The notes under the pieces were generated by a model, which was not told the DNA's origin, did no database searches, and saw nothing but the letters and a program-made list of their open reading frames with translations. The position numbers were made by a program, and so were the translations under genes. Shown here one piece after another: positions 49,695 through 59,741 of a stretch of DNA of 64,000 bases. Origin of the DNA: Gemmatimonadales bacterium (GTDB lineage: Bacteria > Gemmatimonadota > Gemmatimonadetes > Gemmatimonadales > GWC2-71-9); NCBI GenBank assembly GCA_037189525.1, contig JBBCJC010000002.1, positions 1,312,001-1,376,000 on the forward strand. Direction: 5' to 3'. Position 1 is the first letter of the stretch; every line of letters starts with the position of its first letter.

Positions 49695-49945
49695 TGCAGG
49701 TCACCGTGATCGGTCCGGAAGCGTCCGTCTTCAACGGCGAGGCGGACGCCCTCGTCGCCCCGGCGTACGACGGGCAGGTGGGGATTCTGCCCAACCATGC
49801 GCCGTTCATGACGCTGTTGGGCTCCGGCGTCCTCACGGTGAAACACCGCGGTGCCGTTCATCGTTTCACTGTGCAGGGCGGCTTCCTGCAAGTCGTCTCT
49901 AATCGGGTTCGCGTGGTGGCTGAACACGTGGCGCCGGCGGCGTAA
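49694..49945 (+). CDS. atpC: F1 ATP synthase epsilon subunit (beta-sandwich only)
   Basis: GQVGILPNHAP, GGFLQV; 83 aa. Confidence 0.92.
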
Positions 49946-49974
49946 GCCGGCGCCCCACTCGAGGGAGACAATCG

Positions 49975-50583
49975 ATGTTTCGTAAAGCTCTCGTACTCGG
50001 CGGGCTGGCGCTTGCCGTTGGTGGCGGCGCAATCGACCTGGTGGCGCAGTCCACCGGCACCCCCGTCTTTCAAGCCCCGTATCGGGCGTTTCAGCGAGTC
50101 GAGTTTGGCGGGACCATCTCCGACCCGGGCTACGGGCTCGCTGCGGAGGGGTTCTACCGCTTCGGACAGCGGCGCTGGGATGTCGGCCTGCGGGGCGGTT
50201 TCCACGACGGTCGCGGCTCCGATACCCGGCTGCTGTTAGGCGCCGATTTCCGCACCCGGGTGCTCGATCATTCGACGGACTTTCCCTTCGACGGGGCCTT
50301 TACGGTCGGGGTGGGCGGCAACTTCGGCGACGGACGCTCGACGATGTTCGTGCCGGTCGGGATTTCGCTCGGTCGCCGGGTGCAGCTCGAGGACTCGGAT
50401 GTCGAGTTCGTTCCCTTCGTCCACCCCGTGCTGGTACCCGCTTTCGGCGGTGGAGACAGCGACCTGCTGTTCGGCCTGGGTTTGGGCATCGACATCGCGT
50501 TCAACCGCCGGTTCGAACTGCGGGTCAGCGCGGGTATCGGTGACTACGACGGCGTCGCAGTCAGCTTCGCATTCACCCGATAG
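49975..50583 (+). CDS. Outer-membrane beta-barrel-like protein
   Basis: Signal peptide, amphipathic Gly/aromatic strands. Confidence 0.65.
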   Translation: MFRKALVLGGLALAVGGGAIDLVAQSTGTPVFQAPYRAFQRVEFGGTISDPGYGLAAEGFYRFGQRRWDVGLRGGFHDGRGSDTRLLLGADFRTRVLDHSTDFPFDGAFTVGVGGNFGDGRSTMFVPVGISLGRRVQLEDSDVEFVPFVHPVLVPAFGGGDSDLLFGLGLGIDIAFNRRFELRVSAGIGDYDGVAVSFAFTR

Positions 50584-50728
50584 TGATTTGATCCGCGGGG
50601 CAGGTCAGGGGCCCGCCGGTTACCCCGTGTCGCATCGGAGTCCCGGGCTCGTTGCCTCGGGACTCCGCGCCGTTTTGGGCCTCCGATCGTGGCATGACGG
50701 TTGTCGCAGGCAGTCAGGAGAGTGGGAC

Positions 50729-51406
50729 ATGAAGCAGATTCTGATCGGAATCCTGATGGCGGGGGTGGCGCTGCCACTCGCTGCGCAGGCGCCGGGCCTT
50801 CCGGTGGTCAATGCGGGTGTGGCCAGCGGTATCAAGGTCGGCACGCTGGTGGGGCGCGGCAACGACGGGGCGGGCGCCGGGACCACCCTCGCGGTCAACG
50901 GGAGTATCGGTTCTCGGCGCGCCTCGGTGGGCGGATACGTCGCGCGAATGAGCGGCTCGAACTGGAGCGAGGAGGCGATCTACGCACCTGGCGTGGTCGG
51001 CGGCTATCGTCTGGCGGGCGGGCCGCTCGTGCCGGTGGCGGTCAACCTGCAGGCCGGCGCCGGGCGGCATTCGGTGCCGATCGGTATCGGCGGCGAGCGG
51101 GTCTCCGTCTGGCAGGTGCCCGTGGGTGTGGGCATCTCGTGGACCATTCCGCAACCTGCCCTGGCCATCAAGCCGTGGGTTGCGCCGCGTGTGCAGTACA
51201 GTCGGCAGAGCAGGCCTGCAACCGTGCTCGCCGCCGGGGCGGGGAGCGTCACCACTACGGATGTCGCATTCGGACTCAGTGGTGGGGTCGCCTTCGGCCT
51301 GCTCAACGGGGTCGGAATCGATCTGGCAGTCGACCGTGTCTTCGATGACCGGCTGACGTCGAAACCGACCACGGTTGGTGTCGGAGTCAGCCTCAACCTG
51401 AAGTAG
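50729..51406 (+). CDS. Outer-membrane beta-barrel-like protein
   Basis: AGGAG RBS, signal peptide, paralog of the next gene (IKPWVAPRV). Confidence 0.65.
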   Translation: MKQILIGILMAGVALPLAAQAPGLPVVNAGVASGIKVGTLVGRGNDGAGAGTTLAVNGSIGSRRASVGGYVARMSGSNWSEEAIYAPGVVGGYRLAGGPLVPVAVNLQAGAGRHSVPIGIGGERVSVWQVPVGVGISWTIPQPALAIKPWVAPRVQYSRQSRPATVLAAGAGSVTTTDVAFGLSGGVAFGLLNGVGIDLAVDRVFDDRLTSKPTTVGVGVSLNLK

Positions 51407-51448
51407 AGGAAGAGGAGGTGCATCATTCGACCGACCATCTTCGCGGCT

Positions 51449-52081
51449 TTGTTCTTGGCCGGTATGACTCTAGTTTCCGACGCAACTGCCCAGATCTCGG
51501 GCATTCCGATTCGGAACGCCGGTGTGACCGGCGGATTTGGCCTCGCGGCCGATGTGGGGTTTGGCAGCATCAAGCGTCCCGGTGACAACGATAAGTCCCG
51601 TGCCCTTGGAGTGACCGGTGCGCTGGGCTTCGGACCGCTCGGTCTGTCGGCTGGGCTGATCCGGACCACGATCGATCCGGTCATGGGTCCGAACGTCAGC
51701 CAGACGTCGCTTGCGGCAGCTGCCCAGTTTGCGGTGTTCGGCGGCCCCCTGGTGCCGCTCAAGGTGACATGGCAGGCCGGCGTGGTGCAGCCGTTCGATG
51801 CCCCTGAAGGCGGTTCCAAGCCGTGGCGCGGCCATCTTGGGATTGGGGCGGCTTTTGCCATTCCGGCCGTCGCCGTGTCGATTCGGCCCTGGATTGCTCC
51901 GCGGGTCGATCTGATTCGGGTCGACGGTACGCAGGTCAAAGGTGCGGTGAGCGGCGGGATCGATTTCGGATTGCTATCGGGCCTCGGTTTCCGATTGGCG
52001 TACGACAGCCGTCTGGGCTGGGCCGGCGACGATCAGCCCGCATCCGGTTTCAGTGTCGGCGTGGGTTATCACTTTCGGTGA
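51449..52081 (+). CDS. Outer-membrane beta-barrel-like protein
   Basis: IRPWIAPRV, C-terminal VGVGYHFR; start uncertain. Confidence 0.65.
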   Translation: MFLAGMTLVSDATAQISGIPIRNAGVTGGFGLAADVGFGSIKRPGDNDKSRALGVTGALGFGPLGLSAGLIRTTIDPVMGPNVSQTSLAAAAQFAVFGGPLVPLKVTWQAGVVQPFDAPEGGSKPWRGHLGIGAAFAIPAVAVSIRPWIAPRVDLIRVDGTQVKGAVSGGIDFGLLSGLGFRLAYDSRLGWAGDDQPASGFSVGVGYHFR

Positions 52082-52083
52082 GG

Positions 52084-52458
52084 ATGACGTTGGCAAGCAC
52101 AATGCGGCGGGTGGTGGTAGCGGGCGCGCTGGTAGGGTTGTTGAGCGGGTGCGCCCAGACCTTTGATGCAACCTCGCTGGGGGTTCCGGCCACGATGGCC
52201 GCCGCCGCGGGCGATCCGGCCGCCGGCCAGGCCTTCCAGGTCCGAACCCACACGGTGCATGCCTTCTGGGGCGTGGTGCAACTCAAGGAAGCGCGTCTCG
52301 ACCGCGCCCTTGCTTCGCAGCTGGTGGGCGGCAAGGAAATCGCGCAGCTCAAAATCAAGACGAAAAGCCGCTGGACCGACCTCCTGGTCACCGGCCTGAC
52401 GCTCGGCATCGTCGCGCCGAAGACGGTGGTCTATGAAGGGGTCGTGATCGGGCGTTAG
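52084..52458 (+). CDS. Bor/Iss-like lipoprotein
   Basis: Lipobox LSGC, AFWG, DLLVTGLTLGIVAPKTV. Confidence 0.65.
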   Translation: MTLASTMRRVVVAGALVGLLSGCAQTFDATSLGVPATMAAAAGDPAAGQAFQVRTHTVHAFWGVVQLKEARLDRALASQLVGGKEIAQLKIKTKSRWTDLLVTGLTLGIVAPKTVVYEGVVIGR

Positions 52459-52513
52459 GCTGCGTGGTGGCGGCGAGCGGGACAGGGCTCGCCGCGGTCC
52501 TGCCGGATATTGC

Positions 52514-53827
52514 CTAACGAGCCGGCGCTCTTTCCATCAGTCGTTCCACCAGCTCCGCATTCCGCCGGGCGGCGCCGCGCTCCTTTTCGATCACGGCGAG
52601 CGCCGCCCGTCCGGCCTCCGCCCGGCTGGTCGGGTCTTCCAGCCATCGATTCCACGTTTCCGCCAGCCGATCGGCCGCATCCGATGCGTCGTCCGGCAGG
52701 GCGACAGCGGCCCGGGCTTCCAGCAGGAGCCCGGCTTCCCGACTCGCATGCCAGCGGGGACCCACTACGGTGGGAATCCCGCAGACCGCCGGTTCGAGTA
52801 CGGAGTGCAGCCCCGCTCGGCCAAAGCCGCCACCGACATAGGCCAGGGCCGCTCCCCGATAGAGCCCGGCCAGGACGCCGACCTGATCCACGATCAGCAG
52901 CGGAGGAACCACGCTCCGGTCCGGCAACTCGGACAGCCGAGTACCGGTCATACCGGCGCTGGCCAGGCGGGCAGACAAGAGACGGAGATGCGCAGGCGTC
53001 GGTTCGTGCGGCACCAGAACGAGCCGAGCATGGGCGTGCTTGCTCTGCACCGCGCGCCACGCTTCGATCAGGACCCGTTCGTCTCCCTCCCAGGTCGATC
53101 CGGCCACCAGTGTCGCAGCACCTTGGGTCAGGTGTGCCAGCGGCCAATCGCTGGGCAGGTTCGCGACTTTGGCAACGGCACTGTCGACCCGCGGATCGCC
53201 GATGACGGTGACGCGAGTGGCATCCGCGCCAAGCTCGACGAGACGTTCGGCGTCGTCGGCGGCAATGGCGCCAGCTTGGTCGATTGCTGCGTAGCCGGCG
53301 CGGGTCAGCGCGCGCGCGATTGGGCGACGCCGGCCGCTCACGGGGCTCACCGTGCCGGCAATCAGGCCGACCTTGGTGCCACGCCGATGCGCACGGGTGG
53401 CGAGTTCGGGCCAGAGATCGAGCTTGGTGAAAACTAGTGCGGTCGGCTCGAGCACGTGCAGCATCGCATCGACGTTGGCGCGCGTATCGTAGGGCAGGTA
53501 GTCGGCATGATCGACGGGCTGGCGCCGCGCCAGCGCTTCGGCGGAGGGGCTGAAGAACGAGTACACCATCTGCCACTCGGGGTGTGCCTCGCGCAGCAGC
53601 GACAGCACCGCCTCGGCCTGGAGTCCTTCGCCGACCGAAGGGGCGTGGACCCAGAGGAGCGGACGGCGGCGATCGCGCGCCGTTTGGCTCCAGGCAGCCC
53701 AGCGAGCCACGGCCCCGCGGCGGGCGAGGTCGCCGATGCGCAACTTGGGCGCCGCGCCGCGGACCAGCGGCAGGAGCGTCACGGCGGCGCGGGCCGCTGC
53801 CCGATAGGCGAAGCTGGTGGCGAGCAC
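52514..53827 (-). CDS. waaA: 3-deoxy-D-manno-octulosonic acid transferase
   Basis: WVHAPSVGE, YLPYD, VAGSTW, LVPHEP, AYVGGGF, HSVLEPA. Confidence 0.9.
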   Translation of the reverse strand: MLATSFAYRAAARAAVTLLPLVRGAAPKLRIGDLARRGAVARWAAWSQTARDRRRPLLWVHAPSVGEGLQAEAVLSLLREAHPEWQMVYSFFSPSAEALARRQPVDHADYLPYDTRANVDAMLHVLEPTALVFTKLDLWPELATRAHRRGTKVGLIAGTVSPVSGRRRPIARALTRAGYAAIDQAGAIAADDAERLVELGADATRVTVIGDPRVDSAVAKVANLPSDWPLAHLTQGAATLVAGSTWEGDERVLIEAWRAVQSKHAHARLVLVPHEPTPAHLRLLSARLASAGMTGTRLSELPDRSVVPPLLIVDQVGVLAGLYRGAALAYVGGGFGRAGLHSVLEPAVCGIPTVVGPRWHASREAGLLLEARAAVALPDDASDAADRLAETWNRWLEDPTSRAEAGRAALAVIEKERGAARRNAELVERLMERAPAR

Positions 53828-54190
53828 GGGTCAATGATAACCCGTCGGTATTACGGCTGGCCGGTCGGAGCCCTTGTCAACCGGCGGCGACCTTCCCAAG
53901 TTTAGCCATGCCCCTGTGGCAGTCCTGTTCCACCGCAAACCGAGGAGGTGATCCATTGTCTAGTGAAAAACGTCCTTCGAGCTCGAGCTGGGCAAGCGGT
54001 CGCCAGGAGATCGCGTAGCTTCGAGAGCACGAGAGTGCGGCCTCGGAGCCTGATGGTTCCCGGTGGTCGTCTCGAGCTCGAATGACTCGAATCGCGCCGT
54101 TCGCCGTTTTCGGCGGGCGGCGCGATCTTCTTTCCAGGATATCGCACCGCGCGGTGAATCCTGGGCTCCGAAAACTCGTACGACGGACGT

Positions 54191-54922
54191 ATGGCACGGA
54201 CTTCCTATTGGGCCAAGACGCGTGCGCCGCGACACAGCCTGACCTTCGCGTTGCCGCTTCTCTTGTTGTACGAAGCGGTTGCGTACCTGCTGAGCGGCGA
54301 TGCAATCGCCGGTGTCAGAAACGGCGCCGACGTCCTGCTCAAGAGCGCCTTCCTGTTTCTGGGCGGCCGGCACGGTCTCACGGTCTTTGCCGTGGTGCTG
54401 ATCGGCATCGGCGCGTACCTGGTGCTCAAGGATCGGAAAAATGGTCCGATCGAGCCCCGGCTCTACTGGGGTATGCTCGCGGAATCGCTGCTCTATGCGG
54501 TGATTCTGGGTGGTGTGGCCAGCACCCTGACCGCCGTCCTGCTCGGTCGGTTGAGCTTCGCGCTCGCTGCCGGCGCGTTCGATCAGTTCGGCTTTGCCAC
54601 CCAGATCATGATTTCGCTCGGTGCGGGGCTCTACGAGGAACTGGTTTTCCGGGTCCTGCTGGTGTCCGGCCTGGCCTGGGTCGCGACTCGTCTGCTGGGT
54701 TGGTCGCCCCGGGCCGGTGCGGTGACAGCGGCGGTGGTCGGGGCGCTCATCTTTTCCGCGTTCCACTACATCGGTCCCTACGGAGATCCTTTCCAGATCG
54801 AGTCGTTCACCTTCCGTGCGGTGGCCGGGCTCTTGTTCAGCGGCCTCTATCTGACTCGCGGCTTCGGAATTGCCGCGTGGAGTCACGCACTGTACGACGT
54901 GGTCCTGGCGATCCTGCGCTAG
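54191..54922 (+). CDS. CPBP/PrsW-like intramembrane glutamic endopeptidase
   Basis: YEELVFR, FSAFH, HALYD. Confidence 0.85.
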   Translation: MARTSYWAKTRAPRHSLTFALPLLLLYEAVAYLLSGDAIAGVRNGADVLLKSAFLFLGGRHGLTVFAVVLIGIGAYLVLKDRKNGPIEPRLYWGMLAESLLYAVILGGVASTLTAVLLGRLSFALAAGAFDQFGFATQIMISLGAGLYEELVFRVLLVSGLAWVATRLLGWSPRAGAVTAAVVGALIFSAFHYIGPYGDPFQIESFTFRAVAGLLFSGLYLTRGFGIAAWSHALYDVVLAILR

Positions 54923-54940
54923 CTGCCAGCCGTGTCGCGA

Positions 54941-56203
54941 TCAGGCGCGTTCCGGTTCGGTCGTGAGACCGCCGTCTGAGCGGAGCAAGCGTTTCACGAT
55001 CAGAATGAAGAGCCCGGTCGCCAGCAGGTTGAAGGCGAGCGACAGCACTGCGACCGTGAGCGCCGGGCCGCCGATGCCGTAGCCGATACTGACCACCAGC
55101 ACGCCGGCGCCGACTTCCCCGCGCGGAAACATCGCCACCGACAGGGCCAGTCGCTCGCGGATCGTCGCCTCCCGGCGGTAGCAGAAGGCCGGGAACATCT
55201 TCCCGAGATTGCCGATCAAGGTGATCATCAGCACGTGAAAGGCGATCATGCCCGGGCTCGGCATGGTCGCCTTCTGAGTCATGATCTCAGCCGAAACGCC
55301 CTCGTACGGAAGGGCATGGTACTCGACGGCCGCGGATGCCGCGCCGGTACCGAACACCGATGGCATCGACAGACCGACCAGGACCATGAAGCAGGCGGAG
55401 ACGATGGTGGAGACCCGCTGCTCCGCCGCCGATTCCGGACCTTGTTCCGACCCTTCGGTCGCATCGTCGCGATGCGGATCGGCGCCCGCGGGCCGAGCCA
55501 TCATGCAGCCCAGCACGAAGGCGGGCAGCAGCACCTCGAGGTGGATCGGCACGCTCGCATCGATCGACTTGCTGAGCAGATAGATCGCTTCGGAGGCCGC
55601 GGCAATCAGCACGGCATAGCTGAGCACGAACGGCCAGCGGACCGGCAGGCGAATCTGATGCAGATAGCGCCAGGCCATCCAGAGCAGCGTGAAGATCACG
55701 GTCACGATGATGATCAGCTGCCACTTCATCCCGACCATCATGATCTTGAGCGGAATCATGAACAGGATGGTGTCCAAGTCGTCGAAGATGGCCAGGATGC
55801 GTGCCTTCTTGAACACCCAGGTCGCTGCGAGGCCGGCGGCGGCCAGCATGGAAAACAGCACACCGGCGCTGGTCGGCGAGGCAAATCGGGACTCCAGGAG
55901 GGACTCCCGCCAGAGGTCGCCATGGCTCCACAACTCGGGCGGCGCCATCACGTAGATGAAGTAGAGGGCGCAGAAAATCCACGGAAATGCCGCGGCGGTC
56001 CCGGCCACGATGTAGTCCCAGAGGTACTGACGAGGGCGGGTCTTGTCGATCTCGAACTCATACCCGACGTGGATCATGATGAATGAGAGCGCGACCATCG
56101 TCAGGAAACGGACCGGCCAGTCGATCAGGTCGACAGGGGGGAGGATCTGGCTGGCGACGAGTCCGGTAACGAGCAGGAGGGAATAGAGCAGGACCTTGCG
56201 CAT
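54941..56203 (-). CDS. Cation/H+ antiporter-like membrane protein
   Basis: ~12 TM segments, LAIFDDL, FPRGEVG. Confidence 0.8.
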   Translation of the reverse strand: MRKVLLYSLLLVTGLVASQILPPVDLIDWPVRFLTMVALSFIMIHVGYEFEIDKTRPRQYLWDYIVAGTAAAFPWIFCALYFIYVMAPPELWSHGDLWRESLLESRFASPTSAGVLFSMLAAAGLAATWVFKKARILAIFDDLDTILFMIPLKIMMVGMKWQLIIIVTVIFTLLWMAWRYLHQIRLPVRWPFVLSYAVLIAAASEAIYLLSKSIDASVPIHLEVLLPAFVLGCMMARPAGADPHRDDATEGSEQGPESAAEQRVSTIVSACFMVLVGLSMPSVFGTGAASAAVEYHALPYEGVSAEIMTQKATMPSPGMIAFHVLMITLIGNLGKMFPAFCYRREATIRERLALSVAMFPRGEVGAGVLVVSIGYGIGGPALTVAVLSLAFNLLATGLFILIVKRLLRSDGGLTTEPERA

Positions 56204-56245
56204 GCAACGTTCCTTTCAGCCGCGTGAGCAGCGGCCCGAAAGGAT

Positions 56246-56299
56246 GACGGCCCGATCATCCGAGATGGTCCCTGCAGCCGGATTGTTCCGACTGCACCC
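56246..56299 (-). ncRNA. Probable nhaA-I (Li+-I) riboswitch
   Basis: GGGUG-hairpin(CAGUCGGA/UCCGGCUG)-CAGG...GAUCGGGCCGUC in the antiporter 5' UTR. Confidence 0.65.
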
Positions 56300-56317
56300 G
56301 GTGGCGATGTCGCTCGG

Positions 56318-56346
56318 ATTGTAGCGTCCACCGGGTGTCGGGGCAA
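56318..56346 (-). promoter_or_regulatory. Sigma70 promoter of the antiporter
   Basis: TTGCCC-N17-TACAAT. Confidence 0.6.
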
Positions 56347-56356
56347 GCCGGCACGA

Positions 56357-57535
56357 TCAGCGCGTCGGGTACGGCGCTGTACGATAGGCGCGCAGGACGT
56401 CGCCCTCCGCTTCCTGGCGGCGCGTCACGACCCGGTCGTTCGAGAAGGCAATTCCAAAGTCTTCGGAGTCGGTTGGTCGGAAACATCGGGTCGGGATGCC
56501 CGTCTCGGTGAAGCGGACGTACACTTTGCTCCCCGACGCGACCGGTGGATGAAAGGCGAGCCAGAAGCCATTGGCGGCGTCGGTGCCATGCCACGCCATC
56601 GCGGCCCGGGTAGGAGGGTATTGCTTGAGCAATTCCATGTCGGCTGTCGAGGAAAAACCGCGCTTGAAGCCCAGCTCGTGACGCTCACCGACGCTGTCAC
56701 GATCGGCCTTACTGATGGGAGGATCAGTCACTTCGAATGTGAGTACGCGCTTGGTACGCCCGGAGGGATCCAGGATCTCGATTTCGGTTTTCCCGTCGTC
56801 GTGCACCAGAATCGAGTGGTCGGTTACGCCGAAAAGGGTGCGTCGGGGAAAGTTCACCCTGAAGGGGGACCGCTCCTTGTTGCGCATCACGATGCGAAGC
56901 TCCGGACCTGGAAATCCGGCTCGAACGACTTCCGCGCCGCCTGCGCCCGGGCGCCAACGGACCAGATCGATAGTGGGTCGATGGATGCCTTTGTTCGGGA
57001 CGCCTTCGGTCATGCTATGGTTGGCGCCGAAGATCAGGGTGCCGTCGGCCAGTCTGCCCATCAGGCCGGCCACACCGAGGGAGGGGACAGCACCGTGACT
57101 GATCGATGTGGTAAAACCCTGATTGGTGAAGAAGGAAATCCGCGCCGTGCTCACGTCGCGCACGGCAATCGTGTCGCCGGCCCAGCGGAAGAAATACGAG
57201 GCGAGTTGAAATTCGCCGGGGCCGTTGCCCTGCCCGCCGACACGCCCGATTTCCTTTCCGCTTGGTGCGATGATCCGGATCCGCTTGGCCGTCCGGTCGT
57301 AGACGATGAACCGCCCGTCCGCCATGAACAGATATTGTCCCGGGATGTTCATCTCCTCGACGACGATAGGCTCGGGCCATTCCTCCGCGCGGGACGGTGC
57401 GGTGCATGAGGCAGGATTGGCCAGGGCGCGGGCCAATGTCTTTCGGTCGACGCGCACCGTATCGGTGGCCGGTACCTCGGGTACGGCCGGTATCATGCCC
57501 AGCAACAGGACGGCGAGAGACGGGGACCACGGCAT
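56357..57535 (-). CDS. 6-bladed beta-propeller protein
   Basis: VGGQGNGPGEF, GDTIAVRD. Confidence 0.75.
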   Translation of the reverse strand: MPWSPSLAVLLLGMIPAVPEVPATDTVRVDRKTLARALANPASCTAPSRAEEWPEPIVVEEMNIPGQYLFMADGRFIVYDRTAKRIRIIAPSGKEIGRVGGQGNGPGEFQLASYFFRWAGDTIAVRDVSTARISFFTNQGFTTSISHGAVPSLGVAGLMGRLADGTLIFGANHSMTEGVPNKGIHRPTIDLVRWRPGAGGAEVVRAGFPGPELRIVMRNKERSPFRVNFPRRTLFGVTDHSILVHDDGKTEIEILDPSGRTKRVLTFEVTDPPISKADRDSVGERHELGFKRGFSSTADMELLKQYPPTRAAMAWHGTDAANGFWLAFHPPVASGSKVYVRFTETGIPTRCFRPTDSEDFGIAFSNDRVVTRRQEAEGDVLRAYRTAPYPTR

Positions 57536-57839
57536 GGCGGCAGCTCCTCGGGGTCAGGCCTATCCTCTCAAGTATCGTGCATGGGGGCGCACGGCTTGAG
57601 GGAGGCATTGGGTGCCGTCAGGATGGCGCCGGTCGATCAACCGTTCCTCAAATGCCGGGACTGGTTAGGCAATGTCGGGTGGAAAGAGGGTAGAGAGCGC
57701 CGATGCGATTAGGATCGGTTGATGGGGTGATGCCAGTTTGGGTGAGGTTCGTCGCGAGGCGAGCCGGATAATCTGCAGGGCGGAGGCCCGATGAGGTCCA
57801 GGAACGGCTGGACCACCATCGGGTCTTTCCGTCGTGCTA

Positions 57840-58328
57840 TTACGGCGCGGTCGGGGTGGCCGCCGCCACGTCGCTGATCCGAAGCCAATGACCGTCAACC
57901 AGGTGCCAGTGAATCATGTAGGTGCCTGATTCGGTGGTCGCCGCGCGCGCGCCTGGCGGGGTGAGCGACAGCGTGTAGTCGCCCAATTCGACCGCCAAGG
58001 GGCCATGCCGAGTGACCGTTCGAGCCCGGGTGGTGATGGCGGCCTTGAGCTTGGCCATTTCGGCAACCATTCCCGCAATCGCCTGCCGCCCCTTGAACGG
58101 CGGCTGTCCACTGACCACGAGTTCGCCATCGGTGGTGTATTGGGCAGCCACGATGTCGCCCAGTCCGGAGCTGAAGGCGCCATTGAATTCGAGGTTGAGC
58201 GAGTCGATGACCCGCTTGGCTTCGGTCGTTTCTGCGGCCTCCCGCTGTGCCGTTTGCTCCGGAGATTCCGTTGGCGGAGCTGATGAACAGGCGGCGAGCA
58301 GTAGCAATGCCGGGGCAAGGCTTCTCAT
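57840..58328 (-). CDS. NTF2-like (DUF4440) lipoprotein
   Basis: Lipobox LAAC, GRQAIA, AVELGDY, GTYMIHW..DGHW. Confidence 0.8.
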   Translation of the reverse strand: MRSLAPALLLLAACSSAPPTESPEQTAQREAAETTEAKRVIDSLNLEFNGAFSSGLGDIVAAQYTTDGELVVSGQPPFKGRQAIAGMVAEMAKLKAAITTRARTVTRHGPLAVELGDYTLSLTPPGARAATTESGTYMIHWHLVDGHWLRISDVAAATPTAP

Positions 58329-58408
58329 GGTGACGACCTTATGTGGTGGTTGAAGGCAGGTGTGTCGACAAGCATACTTCGGCATAGCCGGTCCAGCCAG
58401 GAGGGGGT

Positions 58409-59590
58409 ATGGGACGTATCGTCAATCGGGAAGGCCTCGCGGTCGCGGCTCTCCTGGTACTCGCCGGCTGCGGCGAAGGGCCGGACCCGACGGTCCGCCG
58501 CGACAGTCTGGGCATCGCGATCGTCGAGTCGAGCGCGCCAGTTTGGAGTGCGCGGCCTGCCTGGTCAGTCGACACCGTTCCGCTTCTCTCCCTGGGGCGC
58601 GAGGAAGCGTCGGCTGCGGAAGAATTTCACCAGATCGTCGGCACCGTTCGGCAGCCGAATGGCGACATCGTCGTCGTCGACGGCGGAACCCGGGAGCTGC
58701 GCACCTTCGACGCAACCGGTCGACATCGCTGGACGTTCGGTCGCATTGGAGACGGCCCCGGTGATTTCCGTCAGATCCTGACTTTGTTGCGCTGGCCTGG
58801 CGATTCGCTGGCGGTGTTCGACTACCGGCTGGGCCGGCTCACCGTCGTTTCCTCGACGGGGGAGTTTGGGCGGGTCGTAGCCCTGCTCGGGAACCATCCT
58901 GCCACATATGGTTTACAGCTGCTGGGCGACTCGCTGTTGGTGGCCAAGGCGATCATGCTTGGTGCGCTCCAGGGCACCGGGCTGACGCGTCTCCCCGCAG
59001 CCATCATCACGGTCCCGCTAGCCGGCCAAGGTCCGGATACGATCGCGATCGTACCTGCCGAGGAAACGGTGCTGAGCGGCGACGGCAGTTCCGGCGGGGT
59101 GCTCTACGGCAAGGATGCCTCGGTTACCACGGCCGGGAATGCGATCGTGTTGGGTACGGCCGAACGTCTGGAGATTGCCTGGTTGGATCGCAGTGGGCGT
59201 GTGACGCAGTCGGCTCGGGTGCCGTCGTTCGACCTGTCGATCCCGCCGGAGGAACGGGAGCGCGAGCGGGCCTTCCTGCTCGGCGCCAATCGCTCGCCGA
59301 ACGCGCAGGCCCGGCTCGACGCGATGCCGGTTCTCACCGAGCGCCCGGCGTATCGCGCCCTGCTTGGTGATCCCACCGGGGCGGTCTGGGCTGAACCGCA
59401 CGTCCCGTTTTCGGATCGGGAGACCAATCGTCCCTGGCAGGTTTTTGCTCCGACCGGTGAGTGGCTGGGGCCGTTCCTGATGCCGGCCCGGTTCAGGCCG
59501 TTCGACATCGGTCGGGACTATCTGCTGGGCGTGCAAACCGATTCTCTGGGGATCGAACGGGTCCGGCTGTTCCGGCTCCAGCGTAGCTAA
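58409..59590 (+). CDS. 6-bladed beta-propeller lipoprotein
   Basis: Lipobox LAGC, VRRDSLGIAIVE, FGRIGDGPGDF. Confidence 0.78.
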   Translation: MGRIVNREGLAVAALLVLAGCGEGPDPTVRRDSLGIAIVESSAPVWSARPAWSVDTVPLLSLGREEASAAEEFHQIVGTVRQPNGDIVVVDGGTRELRTFDATGRHRWTFGRIGDGPGDFRQILTLLRWPGDSLAVFDYRLGRLTVVSSTGEFGRVVALLGNHPATYGLQLLGDSLLVAKAIMLGALQGTGLTRLPAAIITVPLAGQGPDTIAIVPAEETVLSGDGSSGGVLYGKDASVTTAGNAIVLGTAERLEIAWLDRSGRVTQSARVPSFDLSIPPEERERERAFLLGANRSPNAQARLDAMPVLTERPAYRALLGDPTGAVWAEPHVPFSDRETNRPWQVFAPTGEWLGPFLMPARFRPFDIGRDYLLGVQTDSLGIERVRLFRLQRS

Positions 59591-59741
59591 ATCCGACACT
59601 CCCGGTTTTGGCGTCCGGTCCAGGCCCGCTTTGGGTCTCCCGCTGCCGCTACTCCCCTACATCCGCCTTGTCCAATCGACTAGGTTTCGTACCTGCCATT
59701 TTGGCGTTACTTGCCCCTCATCTTCGGTCAGGTTTAGCACC

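Noticed and set aside
59591..59741. Glycine riboswitch upstream of gcvT
   Set aside because: No GGAGA/CCGAAG/CUCUCAGG aptamer motifs seen.
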